Source of the DNA: Bdellovibrionota bacterium
GTDB taxonomy: Bacteria; Bdellovibrionota_G; JALEGL01; DATDPG01
Direction: 5' to 3'
Assembly: GCA_963668355.1 (NCBI GenBank)
Contig: OY764265.1
Span: 128,001 to 192,000 of the forward strand
DNA length: 64,000 nucleotides
The position numbers and the translations under genes are program-made. Below the pieces are notes generated by a model that was given only the letters and a program-made list of their open reading frames with translations, had not been told where the DNA came from and searched no databases. Shown here piece after piece: positions 50,901-59,417 of this stretch (position 1 is its first letter; each line of letters opens with the position of its first letter).

Positions 50901-51042
50901 TAACTCGGAGGATATTAAAGTCCACTTCGGGATAACCTGCTCGATTCAGACGGGTTAACGTCAAGCTTCCAACCAGAACAATCAAAATCACCAAGAGATT
51001 GGCAATCTTTGGACGCTTCAAAAAAAACTCAACCAATATCAT
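47983..51042 (-). CDS. RND efflux permease (AcrB/AcrD/AcrF family)
   Basis: YPGASAEDIE, VDDAIVVAEN, RLRPVLLTT; 1019 aa. Confidence 0.92.
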   Translation of the reverse strand: MILVEFFLKRPKIANLLVILIVLVGSLTLTRLNRAGYPEVDFNILRVTTIYPGASAEDIEINVTKKIEDELEDVDGLEKVLSSSLEDISLVYAFVDADASDPDWVKDEISRAVDRVSDLPAEIDGKPSIKELRSSNVAVLELAIQGDVPEKQLRKVAEDLEDEIKEINGVGSVEKVGYRKREVKIEVSSEALEEMDVSLGGVIQAIQNQNVRVSGGNLESFTDEKQIVTYSEFDSPLEVGEVILRSNFSGHSVRVDEVAVIRDDFEQEDVKSRTRGQNSINLLIRSQGNADIITISERVNETIEKFRKHLPKDVNIHLVSDFSYYTASMLKIVQNNGLLGFVLVILCLSIFLTKTTAFWTAAGIPISVLGAFSLFPFFGVEINFISLITLIIVLGLIVDDAIVVAENITRLREKGMSARDAAIEGVKGIRWPVLTTVVTTILAFLSIGFMSGITGKFVREIPIVVTLTLAVSLFESLFILPIHIAHGQKSEPRRHQWFEKVKEFYKRMLKLTLRFRFRTIIVFFLFLVGSSSLFLVGMKLVLFPYQDADIFHVIIELPEGYSLEKTSKKVSELEGLVEEIEASQLVNYTTRVGHHDTSVYGGTAGFHSNWALITVYLKPASERHLHSEMIMDQIREKSKRFEDYTRLEVAELYDGPPIGKPITVTIIGDDDAVRSTFFQEVSAFLHQMEGVKNIDAEEGKDKREIRLRPNYEAMARLGVSARDLGNTIRAAYEGVVATEITRGGEEIDFRVQLKPEERRNLEILKNIQVPNNQGKLVFLKHLVQMESTKGYEVVRHYNGNRSITLAADVDTQVTTSSEANGKIRDKFFTKIQSTPGFRMVFGGEEKATQESMRDFYIAFVCTLIAMYFVLVILFNSFFQPLIILAALPFAMGGVFVVFYLHGLPISFLAMIGILGLVGVVVNDSLIMVSHLNEISEAAKLTLEEIVDGAKERLRPVLLTTFTTIAAMIPTIYGLGGEEPFIVPVVLALAGGLVFGTTITLILVPLLYSIHSGRSSLSDS

Positions 51043-51079
51043 TTCAAAAACACTCCCTATCCCTTTTCGTTAGGAGAAT

Positions 51080-51138
51080 AAAAAAATGCGTGGAGCGGCA
51101 CGAAAGACTCGCTTCGTCACCTATTCCACGCACTTTTT
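51080..51138 (-). terminator. Terminator-like hairpin after gdh copy 2
   Basis: TGCGTGGA...TCCACGCA outer stem with ACGAA/TTCGT inner stem, flanked by A- and T-runs. Confidence 0.7.
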
Positions 51139-51171
51139 CAAAGAACCCAAATGGGTCTGTTTTTTTACAGT

Positions 51172-52458
51172 CTAGGCGTAAAGGCCGCGCATCTCCGACG
51201 CATGAATCACACGCTGGATCGCAACTACAAAGGCTGCCACGCGCATATTGACGTTATACTTCTTCGACGCCTCCAGTACGGCATGAAATGCCTGTCGCAT
51301 CAACCGGGAGTGATCACTGGTGATACGGTCTTCATCCCAATAGTAACCGGTTCGGTTCTGTACCCATTCAAGATAAGAAACCGTCACACCACCGGCATTG
51401 CACAGAATGTCTGGAATTAAGAAAATTCCCTTTTCATCCAAGATCTTGTCTGCGTCGACCGTCACGGGCCCATTGGCTCCTTCTGCGATCATTTTGGCTC
51501 GAACTCGAGAGGCATTTTCAGCAGTAATCTGATTTTCAAGTGCTGCAGGGACTAGAATATCCACTTCCATTTCCAAAAGCTCCATGGGATTGGATAATTT
51601 TTCCAGTTTCTCCACTTGATCAAACCCTTCCAAGGTGGAATGTTCAGCCAAGTAGGCATGCGCTTTATCCATGCAAATCCCGTTGGGATTCACATAGGCC
51701 CCACTCACATCGGAGATCGCAACAATCTTGCATCCCTTATCATGGAGGATTCTTCCAGAATACGAACCCACGTTTCCAAAGCCTTGAATCGCTACGGTTG
51801 AACCCTTCAAGCTGATATTCAAATGCTTCACAGCCTCTTCAATCGTGAACACGATTCCTTGCGCTGTAGCTCGAACACGTCCCGCCGAGCCGCCAATATC
51901 CAAAGGTTTACCCGTCACAACACCTGGAAGATGTTTTCCAAAATGCATGGAATAGGTGTCCATGAACCATCCCATCACCTGGGGATTCGTGCCTACATCC
52001 GGAGCGGGAACGTCTTTATCCGGACCAAATAGATCGATCATCTCGGCAATATAGCGTCGAGCCAGACGTTCTCTTTCTCCCACCGACATTTTGGAAGGGT
52101 CACAAATAATCCCACCCTTTCCTCCACCGAACGGCACATTGACGACGGCACATTTGAACGTCATCCAAAAGGCCAACGCTTTTACTTCATCTACATTTAC
52201 ATCTGGATGAAAACGTATTCCTCCTTTTGCAGGGCCCCGAGCGATATTGTGCTGAACACGATATCCGGTAAACACTTCAATTCGACTGTCGTCCATGCGT
52301 ACAGGAATTTTCACCTCCGTCACACGACGAGGCTGTTTAATGACGGCGACCTGATCAGACGTCAATTTCAAAACATCCGCGGCTGCTTCAAATTGTTTAA
52401 GTGCATTTTCAAATGCACTCACACTTGGATTCGGACAATAAACTGTTTCGTTTGACAT
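51172..52458 (-). CDS. gdh: Glutamate dehydrogenase (Glu/Leu/Phe/Val family), copy 2
   Basis: GPAKGGIR, MTFK, GGGKGG, VPAPD, GFGNVG, EGANGP, NAGGVTVSYLEW. Confidence 0.92.
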   Translation of the reverse strand: MSNETVYCPNPSVSAFENALKQFEAAADVLKLTSDQVAVIKQPRRVTEVKIPVRMDDSRIEVFTGYRVQHNIARGPAKGGIRFHPDVNVDEVKALAFWMTFKCAVVNVPFGGGKGGIICDPSKMSVGERERLARRYIAEMIDLFGPDKDVPAPDVGTNPQVMGWFMDTYSMHFGKHLPGVVTGKPLDIGGSAGRVRATAQGIVFTIEEAVKHLNISLKGSTVAIQGFGNVGSYSGRILHDKGCKIVAISDVSGAYVNPNGICMDKAHAYLAEHSTLEGFDQVEKLEKLSNPMELLEMEVDILVPAALENQITAENASRVRAKMIAEGANGPVTVDADKILDEKGIFLIPDILCNAGGVTVSYLEWVQNRTGYYWDEDRITSDHSRLMRQAFHAVLEASKKYNVNMRVAAFVVAIQRVIHASEMRGLYA

Positions 52459-52585
52459 AGCGGGCCGTATTATCCGCTCCCGCCCTCCAAGTTCAACAAG
52501 AAAAATGGGTTCCGATGGCTGCGGAATACATTTTTTTAAATTGTACTTAAACAGTACTTTATTACGATTTCCTATTTTTCACAGA

Positions 52586-54427
52586 CTACGGAATGGAGAT
52601 GGGAAAGCCGTTACTTACGCTTCCTTGTCCATCCACCACAAAAATATAAGCCGTCCCAGAAGAAAAGGCCCCCTTATTAAAGGTGATCGACAGTTCGCTA
52701 CCTGTCCAGGAGTTCACTTCTTGCATCTCATAGTGAACCTCAGAATCGTTGCCATAAAACTCGAACGTCGGGGAATCGGCCACAAAAACTCTAGCGGGGC
52801 TGGAGTCCATGTAGATATCTCCCCATAAAAATTCGAAATCTGGATGCACATTCTCAGGAAGACTCGGATCGTAGCCTGAAACCCTGAGATAATCGAAGAC
52901 TCCATGTCCTACACAAGGGTGGTCCACACTTCCAACGGCTTTTCCGTTGATCAACGTCCAACTCGTGGTTCTCGAGGAAGATGCATGGGTAATGACGGCC
53001 ACATGAACCCATTCTTCGATTGGAGCCGAGAAATACACGAGATCCCTGGAAGTTTGACCGCATGCAGAGCCACCGATCACGGTTTCCGTCCCTGCATCTC
53101 CATGCTTTGCGATAATTAGTTGGTCCACAATGCTGGGATGGGGCCACAGGCGGAGAATTTTTCCGGAAACACCTCCATTAAGATCACCCCCAAAATTATG
53201 CGAGGACCGGAACCACCAATCCAAGTAGGTCCATCCCTCTTCTTCGTCCACCGCGAAATTTCGAGCAAAGAAACCTTTGCGCCCATCCGTATTGGAAAGA
53301 TTCGCTGCGCGATATGAGATATGTCCCGGATAACGGGAGTGCGCCCCTTGGTAGAAGCGAGGCGTCCGTCCATAGTTATGATTGTTCCAAGGACATTCCA
53401 AACAATCATCAAAAGGATTGGCTTCTCCTCCAGAATACACTCCACGCGTGGGAACGATTGCATTCGATTGCAATGTAAACGCATCATTCGCACCCTCATA
53501 ATCTCGATAGGCCTGAATATTGGTGACTTCGTCAAACACTAACGGTTTCGCTGTGGCTTTCGTTCCAAAGCCAGAACCCCGAAGCGTCACTGAATTTCCA
53601 TCGGAAAGCGTTCCATTGACTGAGGTGATTTCCACATCGGAGAGAGGATTCGTACATTCCCACACGTCCAATTGGCAATCTTCAGTGCAAGATAAGCTGC
53701 CAGACTCATATCCCAGAGAAGAACAAGTGGCCCCGTTTAAGTCGGCCCCATCACAGACCTCTCCGTCATCCAAAACACCGTTTCCGCACGAGGAAGTGTC
53801 AGAGCCCAAGAGGTTCAAATAATACTCATAGTCCGGCAAACCAAACGTTTGAGGATTCAAAGGGTTTGAGTTTACCCATGCGATGGCTTCAGTATAGGGC
53901 GACAGTTGATCGGCATCGCCCGCTTCCGGGTTGTGACAGAGATCTGTGGAGAAGTTTGGGTGCTCATTGAGCAATAACGTAAACACCGCCACGTCCTCTA
54001 TATTTACCTCCTCCGAATTTCGATCCAAATTCATACACGGAATGTCGTTGTCCAGGTCTGGATTGGCTTGAGATTCTTGAGCAATCTGAGCACAGGTTTT
54101 CTCAAGTTGAGAGGCCATCAACACGACATCGGATAAGTTCAAGGTGCCATCATGTAAGTTGTCTGCAACACAAGCCAGGATAGAAAAGTCTTCTTCAGAG
54201 TCAATCTGCGAAAGAGAAAATAAGCCACCTCTCCCCATAAGGAGACCAACCTCCTGCCGCAAAATTTTCACATCAACGCCAGCAGCCAAAGCAATCTCAT
54301 TCATGAGCGACTCCGACAAAGAGTCCGAAGCGGAAGTTGAAACCTGAGAAGTACATCCCGAAAAAAGAATCATCAGAATAAAAAGGAAACGGATTCGAAA
54401 TAAATCTTTCAAAAACTCTTTCATCAC
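52586..54427 (-). CDS. Large surface lipoprotein with a Cys-rich (myxobacterial-type) repeat and beta-rich C-terminal domains
   Basis: Lipobox FSGC; CGNGVLDDGEVCDG...TC..LG...G.L.C...C; VTLRGSGFG IPT-like segment. Confidence 0.65.
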   Translation of the reverse strand: MMKEFLKDLFRIRFLFILMILFSGCTSQVSTSASDSLSESLMNEIALAAGVDVKILRQEVGLLMGRGGLFSLSQIDSEEDFSILACVADNLHDGTLNLSDVVLMASQLEKTCAQIAQESQANPDLDNDIPCMNLDRNSEEVNIEDVAVFTLLLNEHPNFSTDLCHNPEAGDADQLSPYTEAIAWVNSNPLNPQTFGLPDYEYYLNLLGSDTSSCGNGVLDDGEVCDGADLNGATCSSLGYESGSLSCTEDCQLDVWECTNPLSDVEITSVNGTLSDGNSVTLRGSGFGTKATAKPLVFDEVTNIQAYRDYEGANDAFTLQSNAIVPTRGVYSGGEANPFDDCLECPWNNHNYGRTPRFYQGAHSRYPGHISYRAANLSNTDGRKGFFARNFAVDEEEGWTYLDWWFRSSHNFGGDLNGGVSGKILRLWPHPSIVDQLIIAKHGDAGTETVIGGSACGQTSRDLVYFSAPIEEWVHVAVITHASSSRTTSWTLINGKAVGSVDHPCVGHGVFDYLRVSGYDPSLPENVHPDFEFLWGDIYMDSSPARVFVADSPTFEFYGNDSEVHYEMQEVNSWTGSELSITFNKGAFSSGTAYIFVVDGQGSVSNGFPISIP

Positions 54428-54518
54428 TCACCTCACCCCCGAACCTGATTCGAGAGCAAGAAATGAACCACTTCCTCGAAAACTCTAACCGTCTGTATTT
54501 GTTGTTTATTTTGCTATG

Positions 54519-54566
54519 CAAAAAAAGAAGAGGGGCGACGGTCTACGCAAAACCTTTCACCCCTCT
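54519..54566 (-). terminator. Rho-independent terminator after rubrerythrin
   Basis: Minus strand AGAGGGGTGA...TCGCCCCTCT followed by a T-run. Confidence 0.7.
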
Positions 54567-54594
54567 AAAAAATTTTTAGACCCAGCTTCGAGAC

Positions 54595-55170
54595 TTACCA
54601 ATTCTCAGCCAACACTTCAAAGTGGGCTTGAGGATGGGCACAGGCCGGACAAGCGGCGGGTGCTTCTGAGCCCTCGTGTAGATAGCCACAGTTTCGGCAT
54701 CGCCAAACCACAGACCCATCTTTTTTAAATACTTTCCCTTCATCGATGTTCTTTAAAAGATCTCGATAGCGCTTTTCATGCTGTTTTTCAGCCACGCAGA
54801 TGTATTCGAACACTTTCGCCACATTCTCAAAGCCTTCTTTTCGAGCCGTCTGAGCAAACTCTGGGTAGAGGTCACTCCACTCTTCATGTTCACCCGAGGC
54901 GGCTGAATTTAAGTTTTCCGACGTATTTCCAATTTTTCCCGCTGGGAAGGTAGCTTGAATCTCCAAGTCTCCACCTTCTAGAAACTTAAAGAAACGCTTG
55001 GCGTGCTCCTTCTCTTGATCGGCTGTTTCTGAAAAGACATCTGCGATTTGGACGTAGCCTTCTTTCTTGGCCACGCTCGCAAAGTACGTGTATCGGTTTC
55101 GAGCTTGGGACTCTCCCGCAAAAGCTTTCAATAGATTTTTTTCGGTTTCCGTTCCTTGAATAGAACCCAT
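54595..55170 (-). CDS. rbr: Rubrerythrin
   Basis: AFAGESQARNRY, EKEHA, EKQH, WRCRNCG, CPACAHP. Confidence 0.95.
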   Translation of the reverse strand: MGSIQGTETEKNLLKAFAGESQARNRYTYFASVAKKEGYVQIADVFSETADQEKEHAKRFFKFLEGGDLEIQATFPAGKIGNTSENLNSAASGEHEEWSDLYPEFAQTARKEGFENVAKVFEYICVAEKQHEKRYRDLLKNIDEGKVFKKDGSVVWRCRNCGYLHEGSEAPAACPACAHPQAHFEVLAENW

Positions 55171-55184
55171 TACGTTCATCCTCC

Positions 55185-55787
55185 CTATTTCATTTCCCAA
55201 ACGAAACTTAAGTTCGCCACCACCCCGGTTGCTCTTAACTCAAATTTCGAAGCGTCCACAAGACGTGGGAATTTTAACAAATACACATTCGACCACCCCG
55301 GCGTAATATAAGGGAAAAAGTAGTTCAGTTGAGGGTCTCGATCAGAAAGTTTCGTGATCGACTCGGCCTCAACACGCGCGCCTGTTTCTCCGTTCTCCAG
55401 CCATAGCTTCCATGCAGTAGAGGCCGACGAAAGATCCGCTGCCTTGGAATCACCCGTATACAACGAAAAAACAAACACGTCGTATTGTTGAGCCGTTCCC
55501 AACTCCTTCGCCAACAACTCACTTTTTTCAGGATCTGAAAGGTCAAACCGATCCGAATATTCTTGAACATAGGCTTTTCGCCAGGGCTCAGACTTAAAGG
55601 TCACATGCGCCATATATTTGGTTTCGGCCAACGCATAGTACGTTGCATCTTTCGTATATTGATCCAACACGCGATGATAATTCGAATTTGGAACATCCAA
55701 AAAATAACCGACTTTTTGGCAGGCTGAGAAGAAAGGCAAACAAAGAACTAGGGTCCACGTCCACGAACCTGGTAGCCGAAAATTCAT
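55185..55787 (-). CDS. Hypothetical lipoprotein
   Basis: Lipobox FSAC; about 200 aa; co-oriented with and abutting rbr. Confidence 0.65.
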   Translation of the reverse strand: MNFRLPGSWTWTLVLCLPFFSACQKVGYFLDVPNSNYHRVLDQYTKDATYYALAETKYMAHVTFKSEPWRKAYVQEYSDRFDLSDPEKSELLAKELGTAQQYDVFVFSLYTGDSKAADLSSASTAWKLWLENGETGARVEAESITKLSDRDPQLNYFFPYITPGWSNVYLLKFPRLVDASKFELRATGVVANLSFVWEMK

Positions 55788-55871
55788 GCGGTGGTTATGC
55801 CACAAAAGCCGCCGGTTGCCTAGAAAGCCCCCCTATTTACAACGCGTTCCTACTGGTATGATGCCGACTTC

Positions 55872-57053
55872 ATGGAGAAAATTCTTGTATACGCACGTTG
55901 GATTGGCCTTTTACTGGGTGTCACGCTTCTGGTGCATACATATATATGGTGGCGACTGGTCAAAACCACGCAAATTGGAAAACCTTGGTCAACTTGGCTG
56001 ACGGCTCTGGTCATTTTTTTGGCCTTCGCGTACGTGACACCATTTCTCATTGCCCGCAACCTGGAATCTCCATTTCGCCAAATGCTTTCGACTCCTTCCT
56101 ACATTTGGATGGGGTTGAGCTTATTGTTTTTAACAGCCTTTCTCGGGTTTGATCTCGTTCGGATTTTCCTTTGGCTCGGCCAAAAAGCTCTTTCTTTGAC
56201 GCAGGTTGAATCCAGCCCGGAACGACGGCTTTTTCTCTCCAGATCCATGCTTGGACTGTTCAGTCTCGGGGCCTTCGGAACCGGCTTGTATTCCATACGA
56301 AGTGCATTTAAAGGACCCATTTTAAAGAAGGTAAATATTCCACTAGATAAGCTTCCAAAATCGTTATCAGGGTTAACGCTCCTTCAAATTTCAGATCTGC
56401 ATGTCGGAGATCTCATTCAAAAAAAAGAGGTCCAATCGGTTGTAAGAAAAGCGAATGAGACCTCTCCAGACATCATTGTCATTACTGGAGATCTTGTCGA
56501 CCACCATGCAACCTTTGAAGACCTGTCTCCTTTGGCAGATTTAAAAAGCCGGTATGGAGTATTTTTTGTCACGGGAAATCACGAATATTACACGGGCGTC
56601 CAACGGGTTTTAGCCTCTTTAAAAAAACTCAATATCCGCGTGCTGAGAAACGAATGCATTCCGATCGAAAAGAACGGAGAAAGCATTAATTTGTTGGGGG
56701 TGGATGATTTTCATGCTTCGTATATGGAACCCGGACATGGACCTAATCTCAAAAAAGCCATGGAAAAAGCCAATCCAAAGACAGCATCCGTTTTGCTAGC
56801 CCATCAACCCAAAGAAATTCACAACGCCGCAGCCTCAGGAGTTGACCTCCAACTCTCCGGACATACGCACGGCGGACAAATTTGGCCTTTTCGTTTTTTG
56901 GTTCGCTTATCGCAGCCCTATATTGCAGGACTCTACAAACACGAAAACACGTGGATCTATGTAAATCGTGGAACCGGTTTTTGGGGACCTCCCATGCGAT
57001 TGGGAGGGGAGTCTGAACTCACACTGATTTCGCTGACTTCTCCCCTCGCCTAA
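55872..57053 (+). CDS. Membrane-bound metallophosphoesterase (YkuE-like)
   Basis: N-terminal TM segments; SDLH, GDLVD, GNHE, LAHQP, SGHTHGGQ, WGPPMR. Confidence 0.9.
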   Translation: MEKILVYARWIGLLLGVTLLVHTYIWWRLVKTTQIGKPWSTWLTALVIFLAFAYVTPFLIARNLESPFRQMLSTPSYIWMGLSLLFLTAFLGFDLVRIFLWLGQKALSLTQVESSPERRLFLSRSMLGLFSLGAFGTGLYSIRSAFKGPILKKVNIPLDKLPKSLSGLTLLQISDLHVGDLIQKKEVQSVVRKANETSPDIIVITGDLVDHHATFEDLSPLADLKSRYGVFFVTGNHEYYTGVQRVLASLKKLNIRVLRNECIPIEKNGESINLLGVDDFHASYMEPGHGPNLKKAMEKANPKTASVLLAHQPKEIHNAAASGVDLQLSGHTHGGQIWPFRFLVRLSQPYIAGLYKHENTWIYVNRGTGFWGPPMRLGGESELTLISLTSPLA

Positions 57054-58063
57054 CGACGATCATTTATTTTTTTCAAGGCTTCTCGAATTCGTGTCTCATT
57101 GGCTTGAATCGTGGGACGCCCCTCCGCAAAGCAGCTTTCCCCTTTTGGAAAAAAACTTTTTTGATACAAGGGATAAGCTTCCGTACGCAAGTGGGCCAAC
57201 ATCTGATGACTCTTTCGGGTTTCCCGAGCATGTCTCAAAGCCGCTAAATCAATGGGCCCCACAACAATCTTTTCACCTGGACCCGGATCCGCTTGAGCAA
57301 GAATTCGTCCATCAAAATCCACAACCATGCTTCCCCCTGGCCACGAAAAGGGAGGATAGTTTTCCAAACTGGCTCCTTGGTTGGAAGCAACGACGTACGC
57401 CATATTTTCCAACGCCCGGCATCGGTTAACGGTGGTCCACCAATCCATGGGCTCGGTGGCTCCCCAAGGATCCATATAAGCCGAAACCCGAATCAAGATC
57501 TCAGCTCCGTTGGCCGTCAACTGTCTCAAGGCCTCTGGGAATAACCAGTCGTAACAAATCGCCACGCCCAGCTTCCCAATCTCGGTATCCACGACCGGAA
57601 ACATTTCTTCGGAATAATTCGGAAGATCATGCGGACTTGCATGAACCTCCCAAGGAATCCACGTATTGACTTTTCGATACTTCGAAAGAATTCCGTCTGG
57701 GCCAATGAGGCAAGTGGTATTGAAAACCGCACCTGGATATTTTTCATCCACCTCTAAGAACGTACCGGTTTGAATATACACGCGATGCTCTTTGGCTTTT
57801 TCAATATATTGATCGGTATACTCATTGGGAATCGAAACTGCCAAATGTTGTTCCAACTCCTCCACCGTCAAATAGGTTGGAGGTGTGTGGGCAAATTCGG
57901 GGAATACGACCAGCTTAACCGGCCCAATGCAGTTGTAGCCCACAACAGCCTGGTCCAACAGTTCACACATCCGATTCACACGTTCCGGAATTTCATCTCT
58001 CTTTTTCGGCGAGGGAAAATTGGTTTGAATCGCCGCAGCAAAATAGCGTTCCTCTTTTTTCAT
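57050..58063 (-). CDS. Nitrilase-superfamily carbon-nitrogen hydrolase
   Basis: Glu-Lys-Cys triad: FPEF, YRK, ICYD; GGSMVVDFDG. Confidence 0.88.
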   Translation of the reverse strand: MKKEERYFAAAIQTNFPSPKKRDEIPERVNRMCELLDQAVVGYNCIGPVKLVVFPEFAHTPPTYLTVEELEQHLAVSIPNEYTDQYIEKAKEHRVYIQTGTFLEVDEKYPGAVFNTTCLIGPDGILSKYRKVNTWIPWEVHASPHDLPNYSEEMFPVVDTEIGKLGVAICYDWLFPEALRQLTANGAEILIRVSAYMDPWGATEPMDWWTTVNRCRALENMAYVVASNQGASLENYPPFSWPGGSMVVDFDGRILAQADPGPGEKIVVGPIDLAALRHARETRKSHQMLAHLRTEAYPLYQKSFFPKGESCFAEGRPTIQANETRIREALKKINDRR

Positions 58064-58446
58064 TCGACTCCTCCGATGACTGTTGCCATGAAATACTTCT
58101 CGGCATGGGAAAATGTGATTTCAAGTTTATTCAATCCCAGTTGAGTTGCGCGCTCCAATGCTTTTCCGCTCAAGTGAACCTGCCACCCCGCCTGAGGCCT
58201 GCGCTTAATCTCAACGTCCGACCATTGGATGCCTTGCTCTAAAGAAGAGCGCAATAGTTTGTATACGGCTTCCTTCCCCGCAAAGCTTTGACTCAAGAAA
58301 CGGACGGGATCGTCCAGCTCTTTTCGAAACGCCTCCATTTCGAGAGAAGATAAAATTTGACGGGGAAAATCTTCGCCTTGTTTTCGAAGCAAGGACTCAA
58401 CTCGGGTTCTTTCAACCAAGTCCGTTCCTATGGATAGAATCTTCAT
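58060..58446 (-). CDS. acpS: Holo-ACP synthase (AcpS-type phosphopantetheinyl transferase)
   Basis: IGTDLVE, FAGKEAVYK, W.DVEI, TFSH; 128 aa. Confidence 0.85.
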   Translation of the reverse strand: MKILSIGTDLVERTRVESLLRKQGEDFPRQILSSLEMEAFRKELDDPVRFLSQSFAGKEAVYKLLRSSLEQGIQWSDVEIKRRPQAGWQVHLSGKALERATQLGLNKLEITFSHAEKYFMATVIGGVE

Positions 58447-59417
58447 GAAAACAAACGGTTTAACCCCTCCTCCGTCGACACTGTCGCGTCGTATTCAAAA
58501 TCGTTCCTGGCGCGAGAAGTATCGTAATGGTGATCCAATGCCAACTGACAAGCCAAGAAACGCGTCATTCGAGGTTCGGTCGTCTTTCCAAGAAGCCTAT
58601 AGAAAACTTCCATTCCAAACCCAAGAAGATAGGCCACCCAAAAAGGAATTTTTTTCTTCACCTGCGGAGCTTTTGCGCGTCGAAGAATTTCCGAAATGAA
58701 CGCCCACAGCTTCACGGGTTCATTTTGACTCAAAAAATAGGCTTTACCGTTGCAAGTGCCTTTTGGGCCCAATCGCTCGGCGGCCTGCAAATGTGCGCGA
58801 GCCGCGTTTTCGACATAAATGATGTCCACGACATTTTGGCCATCTCCCACCTGAGCCAACTGTCCCTTTCTGGCGCGTTCAATCACTCGCGGAATCAGAT
58901 GCCGATCTCCGGGACCCCATATGAGATGAGGTCGGAGAGAAACCGTGAACAAACCGGCTTCATTCGCATCCAACACTTCCTTTTCAGCCAAACTCTTTGT
59001 ACGAGGATATTCTGCCAAATATCGAGAAGGATACGGCTCATTTTCATCGACCCGCCTTTGAGGCTTTCCGGCAAACACGACACTTGGAGAACTTGTATAA
59101 ATCAGCTTTGGAACTCGGTTCTTTCGACACGCCTCAATGATATTTCGGGTTCCCAGTACATTGATCGAGAAAAATGTGTTGGGGTCCCCCCAAATATCCG
59201 CGATGGCCGCAACATGATAAACCTCATCCACATCCACAAAATGCGGCTCAAGAGACTTTTTATCTCGGATATCACATTTGACGGAATGGGCTCCCAGGGC
59301 ATTGATTTCCGAGTACTCTTTCCGAGCCAGAACAACGACCTGATCGCCACGTTCTCGTAGAAGACGAACGATGTGTTGCCCCAAAAAACCTCCGCCACCT
59401 GTCACGAGACACTTCAC
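58443..59417 (-). CDS. oleD: OleD, 2-alkyl-3-oxoalkanoate reductase (3-beta-HSD-like SDR)
   Basis: TGGGGFLG, YTSSPSVV, YPRTK, LRPHLIWGPGD; position in the cluster. Confidence 0.85.
   Translation of the reverse strand: MKCLVTGGGGFLGQHIVRLLRERGDQVVVLARKEYSEINALGAHSVKCDIRDKKSLEPHFVDVDEVYHVAAIADIWGDPNTFFSINVLGTRNIIEACRKNRVPKLIYTSSPSVVFAGKPQRRVDENEPYPSRYLAEYPRTKSLAEKEVLDANEAGLFTVSLRPHLIWGPGDRHLIPRVIERARKGQLAQVGDGQNVVDIIYVENAARAHLQAAERLGPKGTCNGKAYFLSQNEPVKLWAFISEILRRAKAPQVKKKIPFWVAYLLGFGMEVFYRLLGKTTEPRMTRFLACQLALDHHYDTSRARNDFEYDATVSTEEGLNRLFS

Noticed and set aside
58527..59360. 277-aa ORF antisense to oleD
   Set aside because: Shadow ORF with no motifs.
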